From: Camelus dromedarius
Lineage: Eukaryota
Assembly (NCBI RefSeq): GCF_036321535.1
Contig: NC_087437.1
Coordinates: forward strand, 100,690,001-100,754,000
Direction of reading: 5' to 3'
Length of the DNA: 64,000 nt
Both the position numbers and the translations under genes were made by a program. Below the pieces are notes generated by a model, which worked only from the letters and a program-made list of their open reading frames with translations, did not search any database and was not told the DNA's origin. Of this stretch, positions 11,986 through 23,154 are shown one piece after another. Position 1 is the first letter of the stretch. Every line of letters starts with the position of its first letter.

Positions 11986-12449
11986 CAGATGCCAAGGCCG
12001 GGCTGAAAGATAGTAAGTAGGTAAGGACCCATGTACGGTGGGGGTAACTCCCTGTTTGCTTACCCCATGAGATTATCAGACTGGTTGGAGGCTGATTCAG
12101 GGGTTGGCTTCCCATTTCAAGTCCCAATTTCTGACTGCCTCTAGTGTGTGTTCATGGTGCTGACCACAGCTATGGCTGAGAAAGGGGTTGCTTATAAAGT
12201 GATCCAGTCATGTAAAGAAAAGGGTAGTGCTGGCTGTATGAAGAGGTAGGTCAAACGGTAGGAACATAGGTCTAAGCTCTGGAACGTGGAACAGAGTTGC
12301 TTTAAATTAAGAAGGTGCTCTATAAAAACTGTCAAGAACTTACGAGTAGGGGGGTTAGGGAGAGCTGCGTAATAACAGTGGAGGAAAGAGAACTTAAAGT
12401 AGTGATGGAAAAAATAGGAATTTATATAGCTTATAGAATAATATTTGAG

Positions 12450-12580
12450 TGTCAGAAGGAATCTTGAGTTCTCATAAGTCTATGCTCTTATTTTCGAGTC
12501 ATGAAAATGAGATATTCAGGGTCATCCAGTTTACTAGTGGCAGACTTGGAGCTAGGACCCAAGCCTCCTGATTCTGAATG
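12450..12580 (-). mobile_element. MIR SINE fragment
   Basis: gaaaatgagat...agggtcatccagtttactagtggcagacttggagctaggacccaagcctcctgattc matches the MIR core. Confidence 0.65.
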
Positions 12581-14139
12581 TGTAGGATTTTTTCCTCAAA
12601 GAACCAAAATTGCTATTGAAAATGGCTAAATAGACCAGGACCTGCTAAAATTAACTGCTGTAATTGGCAGTGAAATCCAGGAGTATGAAAGTCCCAATAT
12701 TGTGGTTGAAGGTGTTTTTTTCCCCTTCAACTAGGTGAAGAATATTCTCTAGCAGCTTTTTAGTCCTAAAACTGCTGGACAAGAGAATAAATCTGTACTT
12801 ATGAACCCTTGAGAATAAGACTTGTTTTACACTGTGCTGATGGCATTATTAGAGGTATAAATTATGGAGCTATGTCTAATGTGACATTATTTTCTTGCTT
12901 GTGTCAGGCAGACTTACTCTGTGTATAGGGTAGAAGATAGAGTAATAACAGTAATACTGCCTGTGTTCATTCATTTCGTGTGACCATTTGTCTGTCCCCT
13001 ACATTCTTTTCATTTCCAATCAGACTCGTGGGTCTATGAACTGAAACCAGAGGGAGCCAATTCTACCTTTTTTGACCTCTCCTACTTCAGCTTAGAGTTG
13101 TTTAGGTGGTCAAAGTTACTCATAGAAACCATTTATTGGAAACCATAATAAACCTATTTATTGTCTGTACCTTCTTGTTAAAAAAATGTATCTATAGCTA
13201 CATATATACATATATTTAAATATTTTCTTACTCTGTCCATAGCTAATTATATTTCTTATTTACCTGGTCTGATCAATATTGGAAAAGACCTCTGTGAAAG
13301 TCCTGATAATATAATGGCCTTCTCTCTTGATTATTCATCCATTTTAGTCCTGTTACATGTAGGGAAACTAAAATTCTGTACTCAAATTGTATGTGCTTTT
13401 CTACATGTGCCCATACTTCAGTACAATCACCACCAAGAAAAACAAAGTGCACCTCACATTTCTTTGGAGCCCAGGAAAGATGATATGATGAGCAACCAGT
13501 TATCATTCAGTTAGCTCTAATAAGTCAGGGATTGCATTTATAAAACATTGAAACTTTTACAAGTTTCCCAAATTGTCTCTTATTTTTTTTTATCCTAGCT
13601 CACTGGCTATCTTTTCTGTCTTTGGTGATTCCTCCTTCTCTCAGACTCAAACTTTGAAGTTTCCCGGATTGCTCTCCAGAGCCCCGTCCACATCCTCTCT
13701 TGACAATCTCATCCATTTCTGTGCTTTAAATACCATCTTTAAGAAGATGACTCCAATCCCTGCTGTATCTAAAACCCTAGACTGATAGAACCAACTGGTC
13801 ACTTGGCACTACCATTTTTTTTTAACATTTTTTATTGATTTATAATCATTTTACAATGTTGTGTCAAATTCCAGTGTTCAGCACAATTTTTCAGTGATAC
13901 ATGGACATATATACACTCATTGTCACATTTTTTTCCTCTGTGAGTTATCATAACATTTTGTGTATATTTCCCTGTGCTATACAGTATAATCTTGTTTATC
14001 TATTCTACAATTTTGAAATCCCAGTCTATCCCTTCCCACCCTCCGCCCTCCTGGCAACCACAAGTCTGTATTCTCTGTCAATGAGTCTATTTCTGTCGTG
14101 TATTTATGCTTTGTTTTTGTTTGTGTTTGTTTTTGTTTT

Positions 14140-17100
14140 TTAGATTCCACATATGAGCGATCTCATATGGTATTTTGCTTTCTCTTTCTGGCTTACTTCA
14201 CTTAGAATGACATTCTCCAGGAGCATCCATGTTGCTGCAAATGGCATTATGTTGTCAGGTTTTATGGCTGAGTAGTATTCCATTGTATAAATATACCACT
14301 TCTTCTTTATCCAGTCACCTGTTGATGGACATTTAGGCTGTTTCCATGTTTTGGCTATTGTAAATAGTGCTTCTATGAACATTGGGGTGCAGGTGTCATC
14401 CTGAAGTAGGGTTCCTTCTGGATACAAGCCCAGGAGTGGGATTCCTGGGTCATACAGTAAGTCTATTCCTAGTCTTTTGAGGAATCTCCACACTGTTTTC
14501 CATAGTGGCTGCACCAAACTGCATTCCCACCAGCAGTGTTGGAAGGTTCCCCTTTCTCCACAGCCTCTCCAGCATTTGTCATTTGTGGATTTTTGAATGA
14601 TGGCCATTCTGACTGGTGTGAGGTGATACCTCATTGTAGTTTTGATTTGCATTTCTCTGATAATTAGTGATATTGAGCATTTTTTCATGTGCCTTTTGAT
14701 CATTTGTATGTCTTCCTTGGAGAATTGCTTGTTTAGGTCTTCTGCCCATTTTTGGATTGGGTTGTTTATTTTTTTCTTATTGAGTTGTATGAGCTGCTTA
14801 TATATTCTGGAGATCAAGCCTTTGTCGGTTTCATTTGCAAAAATTTTCTCCCATTCCGTAGGTTGTCTTCTTGTTTTACTTATGGTTTCCTTTGCTGTGC
14901 AGAAGCTTGTAAGTTTCATTAGGTCCCATTTGTTTATTCTTGCTTTTATTTCTTCTAGGAGAAAATTTTTGAAATGTATGTCAGATAATGTTTTGCCTAC
15001 GTTTTCCTCTAGGAGGTTTATTGTATCTTGTCTTATGTTTAAGTCTTTGATCCATTTTGAGATGATTTTTGTATATGGTGTAAGGGAGTGTTCTAGCTTC
15101 ATTGTTTTACATGCTGCTGTCCAGTTCTCCTAACACCATTTGCTGAAGAGACTGTCTTTATTCCATTGTATATTCTTGCCTCCTTTGTCGAAGATTAGTT
15201 GACCAAAAGTTTGTGGGTTCGTTTCTGGGCTCTCTATTCTGTTCCATTGGTCTATATGTCTGTTTTTGTACCAATACCATGCTGTCTTGATGACTGTAGC
15301 TCTATAGTATTGTCTGAAGTCTGGGAGAGTTATTCCTCCAGCCTCTTTCTTTCTCTTCAGTGATACTTTGGCAATTCTCGGTCTTTGATGGTTCCATGTA
15401 AATTTTATTATGATTTGTTCTAGTTCTGTGAAATATGTCCTGGGTAATTTGATAGGGATTGCATTAAATCTGTAGCTTGCCTTGGGCAGTGTGACCATTT
15501 TAATTGTATTGATTCTTCCAATCCAAGAGCATGGAATATCTTTCCATTTTTTAAAGTCTTCTTTAATTTCCTTCTTCAATGTTTTCTGTGTATAATTCTT
15601 TCACCTCCTTGGTTAGATTTATTCCCAGATATTTTATTACTTTGGGTGCTATTTTAAAGGGGATTGTTTCTTTACTTTCTTCTTCTGTTGATTTATCGTT
15701 AGTGTAAAGAAATGCAACTGATTTTTGAACGTTAATTTTGTAACCTGCTACCTTGCTGAATTCTTCAATCAGCTCTAGTAGTTTTTGTGTGGACCTTTTA
15801 GGGTTTTCTATATATAGTAACATGTCATCGGCATATAGTGACACTTTTACCTCTTCTTTTCCAATTTGGATCCCTTTTATTTCTCTCTCTTGCCTGATTG
15901 CTGTGGCTAGGACTTCCAGGACTATGTTGAATAGGAGTGGTGATAGTGGGCATCCTTGTCTTGTCCCAGATTTTAGTGGGAAGCTTTTGAGTTTTTCACC
16001 GTTGAGTACTATGCTGGCTGTAGGTTTGTCATATATAGCTTTTATTATGTTGAGATATGTTCCCTCTAAACCCACTGTGGTGAGAGTTTTTATCATAAAT
16101 GGGTGTTGAATTTTATCAAATGCTTTTTCTGCATCGATTGAGATGATCATGTGGTTTTTGTCCTTTCTCTTGTTGATGTGATGTATTACATTGATTGATT
16201 TGCATATGTTGAACCAGCCTTGTGTCCCTGGGATGAACCCCACTTGGTCATGATGTATAATCTTTTTTATGTGTTGTTGGATTCTATTTGCTAAAATATT
16301 TGGTGAGGATTTTGGCGTCTATGTTCATCAGTGATATTGGCCTATAATTCTCTTTTTTTGTAGTGTCTCTGCCTGGTTTTGGTATCAGGGTGATGATGGC
16401 TTCATAGAATGTGTTTGGGAGTATTCCCTCCTTTTCAATCTTCTGGAAGAGTTTGAGAAGGACTGGTATGAGTTCTTCTTTGTATGTTTGGTAGAATTCC
16501 CTGGTGAAGCCGTCCGGTCCTGGACTTTTATTTGTAGGGAAGTTTTTAATTGCTATTTCTATTTCCTTTCTAGTGATCGGTTTGTTCAAGTGTTCAGTTT
16601 CTTCTTGATTCAGTCTTGGTGGACAGTACGTTTCCAGAAACTTGTTCATCTCCTCTAGGTTATCCAGTTTGGTTCTATATAGTTTTTCATAATATTCTCG
16701 TATTTCTATTTTATTTGTTGTAATTTATCCATTTTCCTTTCTTATTTTGCTAATTTGTGCTCTCTCTTTTTTCTTCTTTGTGAGTTTGGCCAGAGGTTTG
16801 TCGATTTTATTTACTTTTTCAAAAAACCAGCTTTTGGTTTGGTTGATTTTTTCTATGGTCTTATTAATCTCTATTGTATTTATTTCCTCTCTGATCTTTA
16901 TTATTTCCTTCCTTCTGCTGCTTTTTGGGGCTTTTTGTTCTTTTTCTAATTCATTCAGGTGGTGAGTTAAATTGTTTATTTGAGATTGTTCTTCTTTTTT
17001 GAGGAAGGCCTGTATCGCTATAAACTTCCCTCTTACCACTGCCTTTGCTGTGTCCCATAGGTTTTGAGTGGTTGTGCTTTCATTGTCATTTGTCTCAAGG

Positions 17101-17914
17101 TATTTTTTAATTTCAGCTTTGATTTCCTTATTGACCCATTGTTTATTCAATAACATATTGTTTAATCTCCATGCTTTCCTTTTTTTCTCCTTTGTTTCTC
17201 TGTTGTTGATTTCCAGTTTCATGGTATTATGGTCAGTAAAGATGCTTGAGATAATTTCTATCTTCTTAAAATTGTTGAGGTTTCTTTTGTGCCCAAGTAC
17301 ATGATTGATCCTGGAAAATGTTCCACGTGCACTTGAAAAGAATGTATATCCTACTTTTTGGGGGTGTAATGCTCTGAAAATATCCACCAAATCTAGTTTT
17401 TCTGTTGTATTATTTAATTTCTCTGTTGCCTTGTTTATTTTCTGTCTGGAAGATCTGTCTAGTGATGTTAATGCAGTGTTAAAGTCTCCAACTATGATTG
17501 TATTCCCATCAATATCCCCCTTTATCTCTGTTAGTAATTGTTCTATGTACTTAAGTGCTCCTATATTGGGTGCATATATATTAACGAGTGTAATGTCCTC
17601 ATCTTGTATCACTCCTTTAATCATTATAAAATGTCCTTCTTTATCTTTCTTTATGGCCTTTGTTTTAAAGTCTATTTTGTCTGAAATCAGTAGTGCAACA
17701 CCTGCTTTTTTGGCTTTTCCATTTGCATGGAATATCCTTTTCCATCCTTTCACTCTCAATCTATATGTGTCCTTCTCCCTAAAGTGGGTCTCTTGTATGC
17801 AGCATATTGAAGGTTCTTGCTTTATTATCCAGTCTGCCACTCTGTGTCTTTGACTGGAGCATTTAGTCCATTAACATTTACAGTAATTAATGATAGATGT
17901 GTGTTTATTGCCAT
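14140..17914 (-). pseudogene. L1 ORF2p (APE endonuclease, reverse transcriptase, C-terminal CCHC), disrupted
   Basis: ATG at 17914 ([18 protein letters not shown]). Motifs include [29 protein letters not shown] and [18 protein letters not shown]. Lesions: 1-nt deletion at ~17850, nonsense at 16725-16727, frameshift at ~16295, frameshifting deletion at ~15580, TGG>TAG at 15130-15132. Confidence 0.96.
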
Positions 17915-18315
17915 TTTGAACTTATCTTTGCAGTTGAATTGGTATATCCTCTTTGTTCCTTTCTTCTTCCTTTTGTGGTTTGGTAATTTTCCTTTGTATT
18001 ATCATGGATTTTATTTAATTTTTGTGACTCCTTTGTAAATTTTTGGCTTGTGGTTACCCTTTTTCGTAAATCTATTAGCCCATTACTATAACTGTTTTTA
18101 TTAAACTGATAGTAACATGATCTCAAACCCATCCTACCATTAAAAAAATTTAAAAAAGAAAGAAAAAAATATATTCTATATTTCCCTGCCTCCCTCTCCC
18201 ACTCTCAGTGATTTGTATGTCTTCTTTTATAATTTCGTGTTTATTTGTAATTCATGAGTTATCACCTTTCCAGTTGTGAGTTTCTCATTTCTGTAGCATC
18301 CTGCTGCTTTTCTAT

Positions 18316-19218
18316 TTAGAACAGACCTTTCAATGTTTCTTTTAGCATAGGTTTAGTGTTGCTAAACTCCTGCAGCTTTTTCTTGTCTGTGAAATTCTTA
18401 ATTTCTCCTTCTATCCTAAAGGATAGCCTTGCTGGATAAAGTATCCTAGGCTGCATCTTTTTTTCATTCAGGTCTTTGAATATATCTTGCCACTCCCTTC
18501 TGGCCTGTAATGTTTGTGTAGAGAAATCATCTGACAGCCTTATGTGGGTTCCCTTGTAACTTACTCTTTGCTTTTCTCTTGCTGCCTTTAGAATCATTTC
18601 TTTATCCTTGACTCTGGCCATCTTGATTATGATATGTCTTGGTGTGGGTCTATTTGGGTTCTTCCTGTTTGGGACCCTCTGAGCTTCCTGTACTTGGATA
18701 TCTGATTCCTTCTTTAAGTTTGGGAAGTTTTCAGTCATGATTTCTTCAAAAACCTTTTCAATCCCGTTTGATCTTTCTTCCCCTTCTGGGACCCCTATTA
18801 CGCAAAGATTGGGACTCTTTATATTATACCATAGGTCCCTTATGCTATTTTCATTATTTTTTATTTGTTTATCTTGTAGCTCTTCTGAATGGGTGCTTTC
18901 TATTGTCCTGTCTTCTAGATCACTAATTCGTTCCTCTGCATTATCTAGTCGGCTTTGCACAGCTATTAGATCATTCCTCAACTTTGTCAATGAGTTTACC
19001 CATTCTACTTGGCTCTGCTTTATAGCTTCAATTTCATTTTTGACATATTTTATATCTCTAAACACTATCTCTTTTAATTCCTTCAGCACTTTGATCACTC
19101 CTTTTTTGAAATCTTGATCTAGTAGGCTATCGATATCTATTTCATTGATCTTTCTTTCAGGGGATTTCTCTTGTTCTTTTAATTGGGAAAGGTTTCTCTG
19201 CTTCTTCATCTTGCTCAT
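18316..19218 (-). CDS. L1 ORF1p (300 aa; coiled coil, RRM and CTD), intact reading frame
   Basis: ATG-to-TAA frame is open. It contains the ORF1p hallmarks NLCVIGVPE, ENFPNL, QEAQRVP, TPRHIIIKM, ARREW and YPARLSF. Confidence 0.93.
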   Translation of the reverse strand: MSKMKKQRNLSQLKEQEKSPERKINEIDIDSLLDQDFKKGVIKVLKELKEIVFRDIKYVKNEIEAIKQSQVEWVNSLTKLRNDLIAVQSRLDNAEERISDLEDRTIESTHSEELQDKQIKNNENSIRDLWYNIKSPNLCVIGVPEGEERSNGIEKVFEEIMTENFPNLKKESDIQVQEAQRVPNRKNPNRPTPRHIIIKMARVKDKEMILKAAREKQRVSYKGTHIRLSDDFSTQTLQARREWQDIFKDLNEKKMQPRILYPARLSFRIEGEIKNFTDKKKLQEFSNTKPMLKETLKGLF

Positions 19219-19699
19219 ACCTCTCTGGCACTGTGGTTTATGGAGTATCAGTTATCTATTGTGGTCCTTAAGGAGTTTATCTATCTAATGCCTATTTAGG
19301 GATAAGACTTAGGAAAAAAAAGAAAAAATAAGAGAGAGAGATAAAGAATTTTAAAAGAAGGGAGAAAGAAGGTTTGAAAACAGTGGATAATGAATAATAG
19401 AAAAGCGAGTTGAAGCAGAGTGTCAATTGGGTTGAGACGTCCTTTTAAAACCTTTAAAAAAAAGGGGAAAAGATGAAAAGATGTATTTGAAACCTGTGTC
19501 TAATCAATAACAGCGCATCAAAACCCAAGAGAAAGAGAAATGAATTAAGAAGTAAAAATTAAGAAGGTAATAGAAAATAGAACAGGTAAAAACAGATTTA
19601 AAAAAAAAAAAGAAGGGGGGTTGTCGGTGTTCTCCTGGAGTCTGTGTGCTTTTAATGTGAAGTCTTTCTGTCTTCGTCCTGTTTTGGAAGCTCAGCTTG

Positions 19700-20895
19700 C
19701 TGTTTTCAGAGGCCCTCCGTTGGCGCCCTCTTCTGTGCTGCTCTCAGTACCTGTCGGCAAGCAGATCGCGCCTCCTCCCAACACTGGGTCAGGTGCAGCT
19801 CTCCTCTGCTGTGGGCGGGCGGGTCACTGCCCCTCCCGATGCCGCAGTCAGATGTTGCAGACTGGCCAGGTAGGAGGGCGGGTCTTGCTCCCTCCCAGCA
19901 CCTCGATCAGGGGCTGTGTTCCTGCCCGAAAGGCGGGGGGCCGCTCTCCCTCTACCTGCGCCGCCGGTAGCTCCGCTGCTCTGTGCGGCTGCGCGCTCCG
20001 CCCTGGTCGGCGCTCCGCAGGTGGGCTCGGGGAAGACCGAGGGACAGCCCTGTCCCTGCTCTGAGCCAAAACCCAGCTCCTTGTTTGTCTTTGTGGAGCA
20101 AGTTCTCTGAGGGACCAGGATGGAAGGATCCTATCTGCCTCAGGCTGTAGGCCAGTCTCAGTCTGGCCTTTGAGGCTGCTAAGCCCTTGGGTGCAGATAC
20201 AGGTTTCGCCCCCGCCCCCGCCTGGATGCTAAGCACCGGAGGATATGGCAGCTGTGCCTGAGCCCCGCCTCTCTTCCCCCGAAAGCTTTCTGGGGGTTTT
20301 CAGAGATGGGGGGGTATGCACCCTTCCCCCCAGGGCACATCAACCGTGTTGTTTTATGGAGGGCCCAGATTGTTCTGCCCTGTACACCCACAGCCAAGGC
20401 GCGCAGCCCCTTGCGTCCCCCGGGGCTGCCTCAGTGCAGCCGCCCCCGTCCTCCACCCACCTTGTGCAGCCTGGCCCTGCCCGCCGCTGCCGGCCCGCGT
20501 CTCAGGCTGGGTGTCGGGGGGGCCCTCTGTGCCCGTTTAACTTAGTTCTGTCAGTCAAGGGCTGCTCCGTATAGATCCGAGCCTCGGAGGCTCCCCCTCC
20601 GTCCTGCTGGCCTCTCAGTTGGAGAGGGGAGACCCAGCGAGCGAGCGCCAGTCCTCCTTTGCCGCTTCCTCCCCGCGGGACCCGTCCTGCGCTGCTTTGC
20701 CTTTTGTTCTTTCTTTTTTCCTTTTCTCCTACCAGATTTTTGGCATCTTTATCTTTTGAAGAGGGCGATGTTCTGGTGGAGTTCCGCAGGTGCTCTGGTT
20801 GGCTGAGTGGGTCTGTGGATGTGAGTCTTGGTGCATTTGTGGGAAAGGGTGACCTGCGAGCGTCCTTCTACTCCGCCATCTTCTCTCCTCCTCTC
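19700..20895 (-). promoter_or_regulatory. L1 5'UTR internal promoter / CpG island
   Basis: This is the only long CpG-dense, GC-rich block in the window. It has a YY1 motif AAGATGGCG (+ strand cgccatctt, 20874-20882) near the element start and GC boxes such as gccccgcccccgcc at ~20208-20222. Confidence 0.85.
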
Positions 20896-21593
20896 TGGCA
20901 CTACCATTTAGATGAAAGATGTATCTCAAATACAACATGGCCCCAAATCTTTCCTGTTCCTCCAAACCTGCTCCTCACTCATCTTCCTCATTTCAGTAAA
21001 TACCATAGTGCCTATCTCCGCCAAATGACTTAAGCCAAAATATCAAGTTATTTTTTGATTCCTCTGTATTTCTCATAATCACATATCCAACCTTTGGACA
21101 CAATTTTCTTACTGGTGTGCCTGCTTTGACTCTTTCAGCCCTATAGTCCTTTCTCCTGTAGATCCAGAGTGATCATGTCCCCCTTGTTTTAAGTCTCTGA
21201 TCACCACCCATCACAATTAGAATAAAATTCACACCTTACCCTGGCTTATCAATCTCATCTAGATTGTGCCAACTTTTACTCTTCTGACTAATTTCAGACC
21301 CACCACGCTTCAATCACATTAGACTTTTTTTTTTTTTAACCAGTTTCTGCCTTAGAGCCAGCACACTGGAATGCTCTTCTTCCTGGTGTTTATACCATTT
21401 TCTTGATGCTCAACTAAGATTAAATACCACTTTTCAGAGGAGTCTTCTTGACAACCCAATCTAGAGTAGCACACTCTTTAACATCATCTAATTTTAATAA
21501 TTGCATGGTGTGGTCAGTAGTTAATATTTTTTTCTCATTTATTGTTCTTGCCTACCATCTTCCAAACTGTAAATTCCATAAATGTAGATTTTC

Positions 21594-21855
21594 TTTTATT
21601 GAAGTATAGTCGTTTTACAATGTTGTGTTAATTTCTGGTGTACAGCACAGTGATTCAGTTATTCTTTTCCATATTTTCATATTTTCATATTCTTTTTCAT
21701 TACAGGCCATTACAAGGTATTGAAGATAGTTCCCTGTGCTATGCAGTAGGACCTTGTTGTTTATCTATTTTTATATATAGTAGTTAATATCTGCAAATCC
21801 CAAACTCCTAGTTGATCCCTCCCTCCCCTGTTTCCCTCCTGGTAACCGTGTCTGT
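21594..21855 (-). mobile_element. 5'-truncated cetartiodactyl-type L1 3'UTR
   Basis: Starts ttttattgaagtatagtcgttttacaatgttgtgttaatttctggtgtacagc. 20-bp TSD ttccat(a/g)aatgtagattttc at 21574-21593 and 21856-21875, with one mismatch. Confidence 0.92.
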
Positions 21856-23154
21856 TTCCATGAATGTAGATTTTCATTGTCAGTGTCAGGCACTTAGTAA
21901 ATGCTCTATTTATCAATCAATTTGTTTATCTACATTAAAATAATTGAATTGTTGTGTTATCTCAGGTAAATTATTGCCCTTAAAGAACAACTATCATTTT
22001 ACATTTTCTAAAAATAATTACTTTGTTTTAATCTCCATTCGTGAAGAATTTAATTTTAGTATGTGTAAGAAACTATGAAGTTTTAAATGCCTAAGCTGTT
22101 TCTATTAAAATGATCCTATTTTCTCCATTTTAAAAAATTGATTTATTTTGTTAAAAACCCCAAACAAAATAATATATGTAAGAAGAGATGCATTCAGAAC
22201 TACTGATGGACATACATTCCTTTAAAAATCTTTTAAAACTATATACTTTCTTACAGTCACTGGCCAAGGTCCATATACTGCATTAAATTCTTGTAAAATA
22301 TGAGTTTCTTACTGAAGAAAGATAATTAATTTGAGCAGTTTAAACAGAAAGTTAGCATATTGTTGCACCATTTTCTGGAAGAGATTCTCTATGAGCTTGA
22401 ATGGCTAATTAAAAGGCTGTGCCAAAATGTAGCAACTCAATAACGATGCAAAAAAAAACCCCACCAACACATTTCTGCTCATTTTGGGGGCATTTTAACA
22501 GGCTCTGTCAAGGCCAGAGAAAACCTCCTGTGTCAACTTGGATGTAGAAGCAATATCACCAAAGAATAGAACACCATTGAAAGTAGTTTTACCTAAGGAT
22601 GAGGGTGGTTACAAAAGAGATGATACATGGAGATTAGAAATAAAATTATTAAAACTAATGACTGGATATTTGCAAAATGTATTCATCAAATACATGTACA
22701 TTTTCTGTCATCTCTAAGAGTGATGTTTCCACTAGAGGCTTATTCATTTACCAAATTTAAGGTGTCTGTCAATTTAAAGTTTCATGAGTGGCTTCATCAA
22801 TCACTTGATAGTTATTGTTTGGTATAAAGCAACATATTCTCTCTCATAGTTACCTGTTCATTTAATCATCAACTTTTGTGCTTACAAGTTTACGCAGTTT
22901 ATTTGGATGGTTGTTTTGGTTTCTGTATGAGATTACTGAAAGAAGTAATTGGTTTTCCATGTTGAAGATCCCGTACATCTACGATGCCTGACCGAGCAAC
23001 ACATTAAGAGCCAGAGTCTTTCATGCACAAGACGGCTCATGAGGGTGTATCACAAGCAGTGTGGGGTCAAGCAAAAGATGAATTAAAGATCTCTGCCAGG
23101 AGCTTTTCCAGCTGTTCTCTTCCTCCAGGCACCCACCCTCACTGGATGCTGGGG

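Larger units (their letters stand above)
13818..20895 (-). mobile_element. Full-length LINE-1 (~7.08 kb), young camelid-type subfamily
   Basis: TSD tggcactaccattt at 13804-13817 and 20896-20909. The 5' end reads GAGAGGAGGAGAGAAGATGGCGG. It has a CpG-rich 5'UTR, ORF1, a ~400-bp spacer, ORF2 (EN, RT, CCHC) and a 3'UTR with AATAAA (13831-13836 on -) and a short A-tail. Confidence 0.98.
13580..21925 (+). mobile_element. L2 element split by two L1 insertions (pieces about 13580-13817, 20910-21593 and 21876-21925)
   Basis: Removing both L1s and one copy of each TSD gives a continuous L2-like sequence (ccaactggtcacttggcactaccatttagatgaaagatgtatctcaaatacaacatg...) that ends ggcacttagtaaatgctctattt. 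Confidence 0.7.

Noticed and set aside
14642..19117. Long + strand ORFs (163, 118, 182 and 126 aa) with hydrophobic, F/L/S/I-rich translations
   Set aside because: These are antisense shadows of A-rich L1 ORF1/ORF2, a well-known artefact. There is no independent evidence of coding.
19621..20064. 147-aa + strand ORF in the L1 5'UTR
   Set aside because: It starts at TTG rather than ATG and lies in GC-rich sequence where long stop-free frames are expected.
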